Shown here: positions 27,535 through 42,083 of the stretch, piece after piece
Layout: the number at the start of each line of letters is the position of its first letter
How positions within the stretch are numbered: the stretch's first letter is position 1
From: Octopus vulgaris
Lineage: Eukaryota
Length of the DNA: 64,000 nucleotides
Reading direction: 5' to 3'
NCBI GenBank assembly: GCA_951406725.2
Contig: OX597814.1
Location: 105,214,001-105,278,000 of the forward strand
Position numbers and translations under genes: made by a program
Notes under the pieces: generated by a model
Databases searched by the model: none
The model's input: the letters and a program-made list of their open reading frames with translations, nothing else
Told to the model about the DNA's origin: nothing

Positions 27535-28480
27535 ATAAAAACACCTCTGATAATTTTTTTCCTTCTTCCTCCGATCTAAAAGCGATGAAGTTGCTTTTTT
27601 ATAACTCCGTCCGTTGTTTGTATCTTCAGAATTGTCCGATATTTATTCATAGCCTGTTTGATGTACTTGTTCGCTATTGGTGCTACCTTATTCGCGGCTA
27701 ATGTTTCCGGAATCCACTTGTACAGAACAAAGTCAAAAAGCTTTCAGCTTGTCAATTCATGCCATACTCGAACCATCTTCCTTCAACAGGTTTCGGTTAT
27801 AGATTTTTTTGTTTTGATCACTTATTGATCCTTACAGCCAGATGATGAGCTTTGCAACACGTTGTTTCTCTTCTTCTCAAGATGCGATAATTTATGATTT
27901 TCTTTTTCCAGGTAATTAATTACAAATACAAAGGCACGATTGCAATAACGTGGCAGGAGATCCCTGCCATATAATTGCATTCAGGGCTTTGTAATCTGTA
28001 GGCCGACAGGTTATAAGGTCTAGATTTTGATGGCGGTGGGAAAATAACACTGTTTCTTTACTCGTGCGGTTTAAGATGGACTTCCCTTCTCTCAGCCATT
28101 CAGCTATTGTTTCCGGAATACCTTTAATTTGTTATTAAATATTTTCACCAGTATTTTATGTATGCCAGCTGAATATTTCAAGCAGAACTTAGGGCTTTTA
28201 TAATTTCCTAGTGCCTTCAAGTCGTTCATATTTGTAGCTTTGGGGCCACTTCTTCAGGTGATATGACCTTTCACAATTTTTCAAGTGTTTGTTGTATTTA
28301 AACATTATAATTTCTTTCCGTTGGTGGTTCTTGATAAAATTGGTTTCGGTTGGAATCGAATTGTTTGTTTCGTTCAAAGGAGAGTTGCAATCTTTCATAA
28401 AGACAAATTCTTTGCGACAAAGCCACAATCACTTCTTCCAGCCATTCTTTGATTTTGGCTCCAGTTTTCCTGTTGCTAGA
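27535..28480 (-). mobile_element. Old R4/Dong-clade reverse transcriptase fragment
   Basis: Manual minus-strand translation across frameshifts gives ALSQRICLYER...NKQFDSNRNQFYQE, AEWLREGKSIL, PSKSRP-ITCRPTDYKAL, SGCKDQ, A*IDKLKAF-DFVLYKWIPETL and IIRGVF. It abuts the (TTA)/(TTG) tract at 27300-27530. Confidence 0.7.
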
Positions 28481-28532
28481 TTTCTGTACCATTTGCGGCA
28501 CTTCATGTATATGTATGTGCGTGTGTGTTTGC

Positions 28533-28565
<33 letters not shown>

Positions 28566-28645
28566 TGCGTGTGTTTGTATGTGTGTGAATGTATGTGAAT
28601 GTAATATACATGTATAGATATTATAAATATATATTCATTGACATG

Positions 28646-28775
28646 TATCTTTATCTTTTTATCTTTTATCTTTTACTTGTTTCAGTCATTTGACTGCGGC
28701 CATGCTGGAGCACCGCCTTTAGTCGAGCAAATCGACCCCGGGACTTATTCTTTGTAAGCCCAGTACTTATTCTAT
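28646..28775 (-). mobile_element. Family A SINE 3' end
   Basis: Near identical to 52-165. Confidence 0.85.
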
Positions 28776-28840
28776 ATATGTATATGTATGTATATTTATC
28801 TATCGATATATATATATATATATGAATGTGTGTGTATGTG

Positions 28841-28907
<67 letters not shown>

Positions 28908-30091
28908 ATACATACATATAAATATATATATATGTATATATATATATGTATGTGTGTATGTATGTATGTATGTATGTATGTATGTATGTATACATGTATC
29001 TATGTATTAGGCACACATATTAATATACATAAATGTGTTTGCGTACTTCGTCATTGAATCCTTAATGATATTGGAGCTCATTTCTTTTATTTCCCATCCT
29101 TTTAACTTCAAGTTATTAAAATTAATTAGTATTATTATTGATATTAATGTTATTATTAATATCAATATCATTAATATTGTAAAAGGTAATTCTAGAAATT
29201 GAATTTATTAAGACCGCCAAAATGTTGCGAGTGATCATTCATTAATCACTCTATATACTTCAACTATCACTCATTATTCCCTCTATGTATTTCACCTATC
29301 ATTGACGTTATTTACAAACAACAATATCTAATATGACGTTTCCCATAGTATTTATCATTTTGTAATGACGACCGAAAGAGGTAAATACAAAATAATATTA
29401 GATGAATGACATCGATTTTGTATTTTATTGTTGCTAAAAATCATCTCTTTTATGTTTCAGAGGATTTGTTTAACTTTTCAACAATAATGTCCTTTGATAA
29501 CCATCCGTGCATCATTAATAGTGTATATCCATCATTGATAGGCGAGTTGCCGGGGTATTCATCCTGCGATAATATCTACCATAGACGAGTGCTATTAGAA
29601 AACATTAAATATCAGAGGGGGAAGAAGACAGCAGTCATAGGAGACGCTATCTCAGGATAAATACTGCAATAACTGGCCCATCAACGGTGTATATACATTA
29701 AATATGATACATAAATAGCTATTTTAATTGAATACTACCTCAGTTGTTCACACTGAAATTTTATTCAAGCGGGAGGCTATTCGCAACATCAGTAAATGTT
29801 TTGTTTACTGTTTCTTATATCGAATGCGTTGAATTCCCGTCCAGGCTTGTGGTTGGCTGGGTAAACATGTCATTGAAAAGGACCAAAAGGCCAAAATGCA
29901 AATGGCGTTCTCGGTGGGCACTGCTCTCTTTCTCTTTCTACTTCCCTCTGCCTCTCTCTTTCTCCTCCTCTCTCTCTCTCTCTCTCTGCATATATATGTG
30001 TGTGTGTGTGTGAGTATGTATGTGTGTATATGCATATATACACACACACATATACATATATAACAATCATCTGAAGCTATGAATGTGTAAG

Positions 30092-30131
<40 letters not shown>

Positions 30132-30133
<2 letters not shown>

Positions 30134-30426
30134 ACGTGATCGCGTGACCGACCAGTCCATCAGATGTAGTTACACATCGCTGGTCACAATGCGTTCGCAT
30201 TGTTTTAGCCTTCGAATGACGCCACCCCGCTGGCCAAGCGAGCAGGCCTACAGAAGAAAGAATGGGACCGCGATCCTACGACCGCGAGTCCGCTGCCCTA
30301 ACCACTAAGTAAATGAATAAATGCGCCCTTTTAAAGCCTAGCCAGGCTCATGGGCCCGGTTTCCCGGTTTCAATGGCGTATTTGTTCCCCATCTGGACGG
30401 GACGCCAGTCCATCGCAGCGTTACTC

Positions 30427-30427
<1 letters not shown>
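30132..30427 (-). mobile_element. Two antisense family C SINE fragments: tail A with a deleted head (30132-30306) and V-domain-like tail B (30323-30427)
   Basis: Reverse-complement matches to 30495-30752 and 31028-31133. Confidence 0.8.
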
Positions 30428-31133
<706 letters not shown>

Positions 31134-31859
31134 ACGTTTATCGTTTTATATATATATATACGAAAAACAATTGAACATCGACCTCCTTCTCTAGTAAAAT
31201 ACTCAATCTAATATTTATACTTATTATTACCTTATTGATAGTGACCACGAAGTTTTTTGTTAGTTGTGGCTTCATCAAACTAAAGTATTGAGAAGATTAT
31301 CGAATTATTGAGAGCAAGGCGTTACCAATGTTCATCGTGGAGTTTGAACAAGCTCCAGTAAGTGAAACTTCAAAGTAACCATCAGTAAAATTATTCTAAA
31401 TATTAGACTCTGCTGTTTTATGTATTCATCAGAAAAGTCTTCCCAGGTTCACCATTCTGGCCGAGCATAATGTGGAAACCTTCCCGCTGCACCACGTATG
31501 AATACACCGCATCAGTTTTACATACAGTAACGTCACCGAAAATAAGACATTTCCTACCAGGTTTACATCAGACGTCGCTTTAATATACTCTATATTGTTA
31601 GATTCAATTTCGTCTAATATAATTTAGATAATCACTTAGTGATATTACTATAGGAATTGAAAAAAGAAAACACAGTTATTTTAGTTTAATTCAATTACAT
31701 CGGTAAAGTATTTGCTGTACAACATTTACAAACAGATGGACTCTCTCTCACACTAATAATACTACACGGTGATATAGTTCTTATATCTATATTATAAATA
31801 CCAATGTATACATACATACATACACACATACATACATACACACATACATATATATATTC

Positions 31860-32125
31860 CAAAAGATGCTATGCACATCGATAAAAGTAAAACCACTCAA
31901 GTGGCCAACTATGTATGGAGGTTGAAGACCATTTGTACACCACGTAGAATCAAGGAGAGAATCGCAGAGAAATCCATGCCATATGTATATGGATCTACGA
32001 AATGCAACTTATGCCTAGTTGAAAGATCCCGCATTCTTTTTAGATCTAAGATTTCTACTGCCTAACTTAATTACTAATCCGAAATTTTCGGCAAATGTAA
32101 ATATATGGACAAATACTTCTGGGCA
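31860..32125 (+). mobile_element. Penelope-like element C-terminal (GIY-YIG-side) fragment, decayed
   Basis: TTQVANYVWRLK...PYVYGSTKCNLCLVE...LN..SEIFGKCKYMDKY matches the PLE C-terminal pattern TxLSxYIWxLK...CxLCLxEK...LNxRSE..KCxH. A possible decayed hammerhead lies at about 32415-32461. Confidence 0.7.
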
Positions 32126-32891
32126 AACTGGAGGACACCACCTTTTCCGGATCGAACAGCTGTCTCGTAGACTTTGGACCCCCTCTACGTTGTTTCATTC
32201 TACAATAACAAGTTGATTCATGGCATCAACGCTCAGAGGGTGCGAGACTCAAATTCCCACTTCTTTTCCCGTTTTATTCACCTTCTCATCTTTTGCATCA
32301 ACCTTTTCCTCATTTTCTCTTGTAATTTCTCAAATATCAACGCCATGAATATAAAATAGAACAGACCATGTGCTCAGAGCTTAAAGATTGCTTGGAGACA
32401 CAAGGAGGGTTATAAAAACCTGACAAGACGCATGTATTCACAAGAAATTATTAGTATCTTTACTCTGTGTATATTTACCTCTCACTACATGGAGAGCTAT
32501 TTTTGTTGATCTTACATTAACAAAACAGTAACAAAACACGCACGCACACACACATATATATGTAGTGTATATGCATTAAGTATGATCCATAGATGGCTAC
32601 TTTGATTAAACAGTGCTTCAGTTATGAACAGCGGATTTTTATTCAGCCAGGCAGTTATTCGCGGCATCATTGAATGTTCACCTGTTTTCTATATCGGAGA
32701 TGGTGAATTCTCGTTCGAGCATGTTGCTGGCTGCGAGTATCCAATATCGAAAAGGGCCCAAAAGACTGAAATACATTTGGCGCCCTCGTTGGGACGATTT
32801 TTCCTCTACCTCTGTCATTTATTTTGTTTTTTTACACAGTATGTCTATAAGAGATGTTTGTTCGTCATTTATGTGTCATACTAAATGCATG

Positions 32892-33125
32892 AAGGCGGCG
32901 AGCTGGCAGAAACGGTAGCACGCCGGTCGAAATGCGTAGCCGTATTTCGTCTGCCGTTACGTTCTGAGTTCAAATTCCGCCGAGGTCGACTTTGCCTTTC
33001 ATCCTTTCGGGGTCAATAAATTAAGTACCAGTTACGCACTGGGGTCGATGGAATCGATTTAATCGCTTTGTCTGTCCTTGTTTGTCCCCTCTGTGTTTAG
33101 CCCCTCGTGGGTAGTAAAGAAATAT
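32892..33125 (+). mobile_element. Family B (Meta-type) SINE, full length, 14-bp TSD
   Basis: ATACTAAATGCATG at 32878-32891 and 33126-33139. Confidence 0.92.
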
Positions 33126-33453
33126 ATACTAAATGCATGCACAGTGTTGATAGGCCTGTTACTGAAGTATATATGAAACTAAAATAGAGATTTTCATTTG
33201 TGTATATTAAATATATACCCGGTGAATTGTGCGAAAGTTTTTCTCTGCTTATTGGTTGTAAAACTGCCAAAACAGTGAAAAATTGAATGCTTCCATCCCA
33301 ATAGAGGAGACTGTTTTCCTTGCATTGGATTATATATATATATATGTACACATTCGGAATAACAATCTCGCAAAAACGTGAGTGTATACATACAACTGTG
33401 CGATATGTGCGTATATGTTTGTTTATATTTGGATATATGTAAATCTGAAAGTG

Positions 33454-33550
<97 letters not shown>

Positions 33551-33579
33551 TTGTGTGTACATATATATATATAATAAAT

Positions 33580-33799
33580 GCACCTTTTTTGAAGCCCGGT
33601 TTCTAAGGCGTATATGCTCTCCAGCTGGACAGGATGCCAGTCCATCACAGCGTTACTCATTTTTGCCAGCTGAGTGGACCGGAGCAACGTGAAATGAAGT
33701 GTTTTGCGCAAGAACACAACGCGTCACCGGGTCCAGGAATCGAAACCACAATCTTATGATCATGGTGCTGACACCCTAACCACTAAGCCACGCACCTCC
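33580..33799 (-). mobile_element. tRNA-CORE SINE with V-domain-like tail B
   Basis: Head GGAGGTGCGTGGCTTAGTGGTTAGGG, CORE, then GATGGACTGGCATCCTGTCCAG. Confidence 0.8.
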
Positions 33800-33812
33800 A
33801 CATATATATATA

Positions 33813-33879
<67 letters not shown>

Positions 33880-33901
<22 letters not shown>

Positions 33902-34005
33902 ACATATATACATACATATATATATATATACAAATATATATATGTGTATATATATTCGTATATATGTACATATATACATATATCTACCTATACATATATG
34001 TGTGT

Positions 34006-34045
<40 letters not shown>

Positions 34046-34106
34046 ACAATGGCAGACACACACACATATATATATATATATACATACATATATATATATC
34101 CATACA

Positions 34107-34140
<34 letters not shown>

Positions 34141-34925
34141 CATACATACATACAGATATACGTTGACAGATATGGATGTTTTTATATGTATGCGGGTGTG
34201 CGTGTTTATTTGTGAGTAAACAAATGCGTGGTGTATGTATGCGTGTGCATACATATCTATTTCTATTTATGCCTGTAAATCTGTGTGTATTCGTTCGCGT
34301 ATATATATGTATATGTGAGTGTTCATATACATACGTATGTATGTATGTGTGTACGTACAGACACACACTCACATAAATATATATACATTTAAATGTGTCA
34401 GACGAGAAATTGTAAGTACGCAAGCGGGTCCATATATATGTGTGTATACATTCATAAATAAATAAATAAATAAATAAATAAATATATATATATATATGTG
34501 TGTGTGTATATATATATTCATATATATATATTATACATACATCTATATTTATTTATATATATATATATATCTTTATACACATATATGTGTATATGTGTGT
34601 ATGTATATGTACATGGGTGTGTGTATATGTGTATATATATGGGTGTGTGTATGTGTGTATATGTGTATATATATAAATATATATATATTTATATATATAT
34701 ATATATACATATATACATACATATATATATATATACAAATATATATATGTGTATATATATTCGTATACATGTACATATATACATATATCTATCTATACAT
34801 ATATGTGTGTGTGTGTATATATATAAATATATATATATATGTATGTATACAATGGCAGACACACACACATATATATATATATACATATATATATCCATAC
34901 ATACATACATACATACATACATACA

Positions 34926-34959
<34 letters not shown>

Positions 34960-35286
34960 CATACATACATACAGATATACGTTGACAGATATGGATGTTT
35001 TTATATGTATGCGGGTGTGCGTGTTTATTTGTGAGTAAACAAATGCGTGGTGTATGTATGCGTGTGCATACATATCTTTTTCTATTTATGCCTGTAAATC
35101 TGTGTGTATTCATTCGCGTATATATATGTATATGTGCGTGTTCATATACATACGTATGTATGTATGTGTGTACGTACAGACACACACTCACATAAATAGA
35201 TATACATTTAAATGTGTCAGACGAGAAATTGTAAGTACGCAAGCGGGTCCATATATATGTGTGTATACATTCATAAATAAATAAAA

Positions 35287-35377
<91 letters not shown>

Positions 35378-35460
35378 CATACATCTATATTTATATATAT
35401 ATATATATCTTTATACACATATATGTGTATATGTGTGTATGTATATGTACATGGGTGTGT
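33880..35460 (+). repeat. About 0.8-kb tandem duplication of a microsatellite-rich unit
   Basis: Unique anchors recur at 800-840 bp spacing: CAATGGCAGACAC at about 34047/34850, GACGAGAAATTGTAAGTACGCAAGCGGGTCC at about 34401/35220, ACATGGGTGT at about 34611/35449. Confidence 0.9.
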
Positions 35461-36409
35461 GTAAATATTCGTGTGCGTGTGTGTGTGTGCTAGCAGTGTA
35501 CATAACGGTTTCCTTCCTCTTTATTAAAAGTATAAATAACGGGAGTAAAGTTAATCCCCTATTTACCAAGGATATAATAAATCACGTTGACGTTGGTTTT
35601 TGCTTTAAGTTTGAAACATAAGTGGAAAATGTATATTAAATCCAGGAAGAGAAAGTTTAAATGTTAAAGAACGGTGATCTATTGGAAATTGGAAGCGTAT
35701 GCTAAAAGTCAAAATTCGTAAAACGGCAGTAAAGATGAATCCGGCGCTAGCATTCTTCAGAATTGCAATGCAAAGCGTGTCCAACGCAGTGGCGCTGCTA
35801 ATAGGGGAGCAAGTGGAGCAACCGCTCCCTCTCTGCACATTTTTCAAAACTGGCGCTTTTTTCAACAATTGTCTTTTTACTCTTTGGTTCATTTGTGCGA
35901 TAAAAGTTTTATTAATCGCATGGCCCTGAAAGATCTTTCTGCAATCATTTATTTGATCAGACTCTCGTGTTTTTTAACGGTTTGCTCAATCTCCTTATGA
36001 TATGTTGTTGGTCACGGACATCTGAAGAACCAAAATAAACCCTGACATCATATCTTCTCCACACTGGACGATCCGGTGGAGTTTCATATTTTTCACGTCA
36101 CACCTTTGTCAGTAGCTGATTGCAACATGAAATTAATGAATGCAGAATACAATTACATATTTCATTATAAATAATAAAATATTCCGCATAAGAGAAATGA
36201 GTTTAAAAATTGTTTGGTATGTTTTACAGCGTCCTGGTTTTATATGTGTTCGTTCCTCCTAAATTTAGAATCGGGCTGTGACTCTGTGCCTGTGGTCAGC
36301 TTAGCACAACGTAACGGTGTGGAGGGAATTCCGAGGGGATTCACACATAAATACGAGTGGTGATAGTTGAGGTGGTGGTGGTAGTGGTAGTAGTAGTAGT
36401 AGTAGTGAT

Positions 36410-36857
36410 TTTGACGCAAACAGCCGGCAATTTTGAAGGTAGGAGGAAAGTCGACCTCAGTGCTTGACTCGTACTTTATTTTATCGACCCCCGAAGGATG
36501 AAGGGCAAAGTTTACCTCAGCGGGATTTGAACTCAGAATGCAAATAATCGAAACACGTGTCACTAAACATTTTGCTCGACGCTCTGCCAACTCTCAGCCT
36601 TCACTAACCGTTTCTGATTCTTTTCACGTACATTCTTCTATCTTTTATCTTTTACTTGTTTCAATCATTAGATTGCGGCCATGCTGGGGCACCACCGCGA
36701 AGAAGTTTTAGCCAAATTTTACTAGCAGTATTTACTAGTTTTTTTTTTAAAGCCTGTCTGTCTGAGGCCTAAGATACTTGCCCAATTTGCCACGCAGTGG
36801 GACTGAACCTGGAACCATGTGATTGAGAGGCAAACTTTCTACTTCACAGCAACGCCA
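36410..36857 (-). mobile_element. Diverged family B SINE (36410-36590) and internally deleted family A SINE (36637-36857)
   Basis: Homology to other copies in the window. Confidence 0.75.
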
Positions 36858-37528
36858 GAATGTCTGAACGTGAAGGAGTTAATCAATTCCTTAGGCCCTT
36901 CCCTCCCCCCGCCCCGTACTTGGCTGGTCCTTTATTTGATCCAAGTAAAGGATATAATCAATCAAACGGACCACTGGACTTCTTAGAGTCCTCAATCTGA
37001 TAATTATTCTGCCGAACAGACAGTTGCAGGCATATAAACAAACCTGCATCGGCTTTCAAGTAGTTAATTATCAATTGCAAACATGTCGACGCATATACGC
37101 TCATACACACATGCACATACACACACACACATGCACAAACACAGACACACACATGCGAGGACAGGTTTTCTTTCTGACTAAATTAATTCTGGTTTCTTAT
37201 CTGTGTGCGTGTGTCCACAAACACACTTACACATACACACGCTTAGACACACACACACGCTTAGACACACACACACAATGTTATTTTGTTTTATGTAAAC
37301 ACATGCATTTAGATGAATGTGTGTTGCTTTCTAAAGTGTTTTGTGTGCGTGAGTCTGTGAGAGAAGCATATGTACGTTTATGTGTGCATGCATATGCGTG
37401 CGTGCCTCTCAGAAACATGTGCAACAATTATCTATACACCATCTCATATATTTTTAATATACATACATACACGTACATACACATACACACACATTCACGC
37501 ATATTTATATATATTATAACTACATATC

Positions 37529-37588
<60 letters not shown>

Positions 37589-38162
37589 TCATGACTATAA
37601 ATAAATATATATATATGTATATATATATATCATGACTCTGTGTGTGTATGTGTGTGCGTGCGTGTATTTTCCATTTCTGTGTTGTGTTTCTCTCCAAGAG
37701 TTCTCTTGTATTCTCTCCATTTTTCCATGATATTCCACCAACAATAGGTATCGATCACTTTTGTTTCCGAGACAATGCGCATCACGAAGCGCCTTGAACA
37801 CCAGCACCAGACACCAGACACTAAGCAACAATTCTTCAAAAGTACCACAGACTCTGCAACAAATGTCATTTTCGTGACGGTTCCTCTTCCATAGACTGAG
37901 ACAGAAAAAAATTGACCCAAAAACAAAATGCGAAAAAAAAACGAAAATCATTTATCGAAGCTAAAAACGAAAAAAGAAAAGGAAAATATGAAATAATTCT
38001 TTGTAGAGACCTTCGCCCTAGTTTCTACTTGGAATCCATTTTTTTTTTTGTGGGATTTACTTTCCATTTTTTCTTTTTCTTTTCTTTTTTGCTTGTAGAT
38101 TGTTAGAAATAATAGGACTATCGCCGCGCCTTTCATAATTACGACAGCAACGACGACAATGA

Positions 38163-38194
<32 letters not shown>

Positions 38195-38635
38195 ATGGTG
38201 GTGATGGTGGTTGTAGTGGTGGTGGTGGTGGTGGTGGTGGTGGTGGTGGTGATTACAATTCCAGTTTTTATCATCTTTACCTGCTATTCATTTACGAATC
38301 TCAAAGGAGACTATTTCGTTTCTCGTGTTGCCTGCAAGAACCTGTTGACAGTTCCGTTTATATTTATGCACTGACGACTCATCTTTTATTTACGAAGTGA
38401 TGACAGCTGCATCTATATTTATCTGGTGATAACAGTAAAAGCCTTATCCCGTGATGACGATTACATCATTATTTATACTTTTAAGTTTGTCTTTACAGAT
38501 TTTCTATAGAATTCCAGAGAGAGCACTGAAAGTGACGCCGTTTCTTATACGAATACGTCATGTAAACAGTGCGATCGAAAATAGAAAAAAAGTAATGACT
38601 GTTTATGCATATTTCAAGAGTTATTGCTTTTGAAA

Positions 38636-38868
38636 AGGCGGCGAGCTGGCAGAATCGTTAGCACGCCGGGCGAAATGCTTAGCGGTATTTCGTCTGTCGT
38701 TACGTTCTGAGTTCAAATTCCGCACAGGTTGACTTTGCCTTTCATCCTTTCGGGGTCGATAAATTAAGTACCAGTTACGCACTGGGGTCGATGTAATCGA
38801 CTTAATCCGTTTGTCTGTCCTTGTTTGTCTTCTATGTGTTTAGCCCTTTGTGGGTAGTAAAGAAATAG
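38636..38868 (+). mobile_element. Family B SINE, full length
   Basis: Colinear with 32892-33125. Confidence 0.92.
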
Positions 38869-39279
38869 AAATATGAATACACACCCATTTCTTGCATTTC
38901 TATCTTCGATCGCATCGCTTACATAGACGTATTCGTTTAAGAAATCTAAAAACTTTCAGTGATGTCTCTAAACTCTATAGAAAATTTTTAGAGAGACTTA
39001 AAAATGAGAATATTGCACTGCTAACACGAAATAAGACAGATTACGTTATGGTTACAAAACGAAATACTGTGTCCTTATGCCAGAAATTAAGCATTATTTA
39101 TGTAATGATGATTGTCACACCTTATTTATCTAGTGGCGACAGTTTTTGTTCACTTGTGTTTATTTTAGCCGATTCTTGAAAGCTGGATTATTCCTCTCTT
39201 GACTAACAAAGGTTTTCATAAATATCTTCACTGGACGTGGAGGGAAAGAGTTCAAACTCACGGAGAGTCTGGTTGCTTT

Positions 39280-39821
39280 CACGCTGGTGAGACCCATATT
39301 GGAATACGGGATTCAAGCCTCTTCTCCTTATCTCCTCAAAGACATACAGCATCTCGAAAGAGTCCAGAAGCTGGCTACCCGCATGGTTCATGGTCTCAAA
39401 AATTTGTCCTATGAAGAAAGGCTGAGGACGCTCGACCTTTATTCTCTAGAAAAACGCCGCCGCCGTGGTGATCTCATTCTCGCCCACAGCATCATAAGCG
39501 GAAAGTGTAACCTCTTGAAAGAGCTGTTCTTCACTCCTGCTCCAGAGCGTCGGCTGCGGGGTCATTCCGAAAAGCTCTACCTGCGACGATTTCATCTCAA
39601 TCGAAGGAGAGGAGCTTTCTCCGTCCGGGTTGCGGATCCGTGGAACAAGCTGCCAGACGAGATGGTGAAGATGCCGACGACCGCTTTGTTCAAAGCCTCC
39701 CTTGACCTCAAGTGGCCTGAACTCTTTACATGAACACCAGCCTGTACTTAACTCCATGTCCCCCTACATGGCCTTGCTATTTGCTTTTGAGCCAAATTAA
39801 CTAACTAACTAACTAACTAAC
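39280..39821 (+). mobile_element. CR1-clade LINE 3' end with (TAAC)n tail; uninterrupted frame
   Basis: LVRPILEYG..SPYLLKDIQHLERVQKLATRMV.GL..LSYEERL..LDLYSLEKRR.RGDLI...RGH..KL...FSVRV...WNKLP is a classic CR1 ORF2 C-terminus. Confidence 0.92.
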
Positions 39822-40161
39822 AATGCGAGCTTTCGGAAAATATTGCAAGGTTCAATCAGTTTTTGTTGTGTATCCCAACTTAGCTTTTTTGAAGGACCAT
39901 GATGCCGGGGAACTTTCTCCTCGTGATTCCTTCCCTTTTACAGAATTTTTTTTTCCAGACAATGCAATCTGGTTCCTTGAAAGTATTCAGAAAGAATCTA
40001 CGAACATAAAACTTTCCTTCCGAAGATGAAATATGTTGCCACAAAATTTCGATGCAAGCAACATGCAGATAATTGCACCAATTGGGCAACTATTCTAAAA
40101 ACTAGAAAATTACTTTTTGTAAATCTCACAACGAGAGATATTCAGCAACAGTACTTTGGAG

Positions 40162-40504
40162 TAAAGATTGTTTGCCAACATAACATAGCAGTCCTGGTTT
40201 AGGATGAGTGCTGCCGTAATTTAGCCTCAGGAGACATCATCTACAGCTGGCTATACGACACGATCTGTGTCCTTATATTTTCGAACAAGGGAATTACTCT
40301 GTGTTGATGAAGGGAAATAACCCGGAAATCGCGATACACAGATGTTGTTTTGAGCTGAGTGGGGGTGCTAGATTCCCTTGTTCGAAAATATGAGAGCACA
40401 GATCGGGTCGTATAGCCAGCTGGAGACGATGTCTCCTGGGGCTAAATTACAGCAACATTCGTCCTAAACCAGGACTGCCATGTTATGTTGACAAATAATC
40501 TTTA
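40162..40504. repeat. 133-bp inverted repeat (40162-40294 / 40372-40504), probable PLE pseudo-LTR inversion
   Basis: The arms align without gaps with about 14 mismatches by hand count. Confidence 0.9.
40298..40342 (+). ncRNA. Minimal hammerhead ribozyme motif (U3 variant) in the spacer of the inverted repeat
   Basis: TCTGTG-TTGATGA-A-GGG(AAATAA)CCC-G-GAAA-TCGCGA-TA-CACAGA, with a palindromic stem III. Confidence 0.7.
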
Positions 40505-41122
40505 TCCTAAAAACAGCAGTAAAATTTTTTTCTATCATTTCTAAGCTTTTGCCTACGATATTCTTCATCTGCCTACCAAAATATTTCTAATCAACGCTGT
40601 GGACTTCTTTCCTATTTTATCCTGGTTCCTGCCTGTTTACATTGCAACTAGTAAGACATTTCCACAGTCGCGACTCTTCCCGACCTCCAGATATATACAC
40701 TCCTTTGTGTATATTCGTTTTTCTCTTTATGTCTTATTAGTATGAATAGGCTCATATGCTGACCAGAGACCTGTTGTCTGCCTGTTTATGCTGATAGGCA
40801 TAAAATCGACTTCTTTAAACTGTCAACAAGAATTACACCTTTTCTTTTTGGCGGTGTCACCACTCACAGGCATTTATCATGTTGGAGCTGACACTCTGTT
40901 GGCTATGGGGCTTCGTCAATAATCAATATCGATAAGTGCTTTTCATGTCAGCTGTACTATACATAAATGCATACATACATACGTGTTTATGTGTGTGTGC
41001 GCGCGAGTGCGTGTGCTTGTGTGTGTTTATATGTGTAAATATAAATACATACAAACAGGCATGCATATATATATATATGCATATATATATATTCATATAT
41101 ATACATATATATACATTAACAA

Positions 41123-41992
41123 CTTCCCTTCCTTGACATCCTCATTAAGAAATCCAACAACGTAATAGAAACAGATATATACTATAAGCCTACAGATCCC
41201 AAGCAATATCTAGCGTTCAACTCATGCCACCCCAGACACACCAGAATGAATATCCCCTTTAACCTAACAAAAAGGATATGTACTATAGTTTCTAATGCAA
41301 GCACCAGAAACACACGACTACATGAACTAAAGGATACACTCATCACCAGGAACTACCCACCTTCATTAATTGACATATGCATTCAACGTGCCCTACAACT
41401 CAACATCTACGAACTCAAACATCCCAAATTAAAGAAGGATTTAGAACCAAAAGCCCTACCATACATCTCCACACACAACCCTCTTAAAAATGAAGCCTTC
41501 GACATCATCCTTCAAAACATTCCCTTGCTAATAAAGGACCACAGAATGAACTTAATCCTCCAAACACACACCATCATAAAAAGCAAGAGACAACCCAAAT
41601 CTATGAAAAGTCTCTTAACACATGCCCGAATACGCTCAACAACACAGAAACCGTCAGTAAAAAAAATGCGGAAGACCCAATTATGGTATATGCATCAGTT
41701 TAATTGAGGGATCAGAGTACTCCTTCAAACAGGGATAACGTTTCACAGTGAAAAGCAGCTTCACATGTACTTCTGAGAACCTGATATATGCACTAACCTG
41801 CTTTGGGTGCCAAGAGCAATACATAGGCCAAATAAAAACAGTCTACGTAAAAGGATGGCTCTGCACAGATCCCAGATCAAAAATTCCAAAATCAGAAAAA
41901 TAGCATTCAGCCAACACATCGACATTTGCGCCAATAACAAAAATCCAAGCTTCAGAATTTTTCCCCTCTACCAATTCAGGGACGATACAACC
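41123..41992 (+). mobile_element. Penelope-like element (Neptune-type): RT thumb, Cys linker and GIY-YIG endonuclease, pseudogenised
   Basis: LPFLDI...DIYYKPTD..QYL.FNSCHP.H..NIPF. After an A-run frameshift it reads CGRPNYGIC...FTCTSENLIYALTCFGCQEQYIGQ, then SLRKRMALHRSQI...QHIDIC. Confidence 0.9.
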
Positions 41993-42016
41993 TGTATGTA
42001 TGTATGTATGTATGTA

Positions 42017-42083
<67 letters not shown>

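Noticed and set aside
35699-35929. 76-aa non-repetitive ORF as a host exon
   Set aside because: No recognisable domain or convincing splice context.
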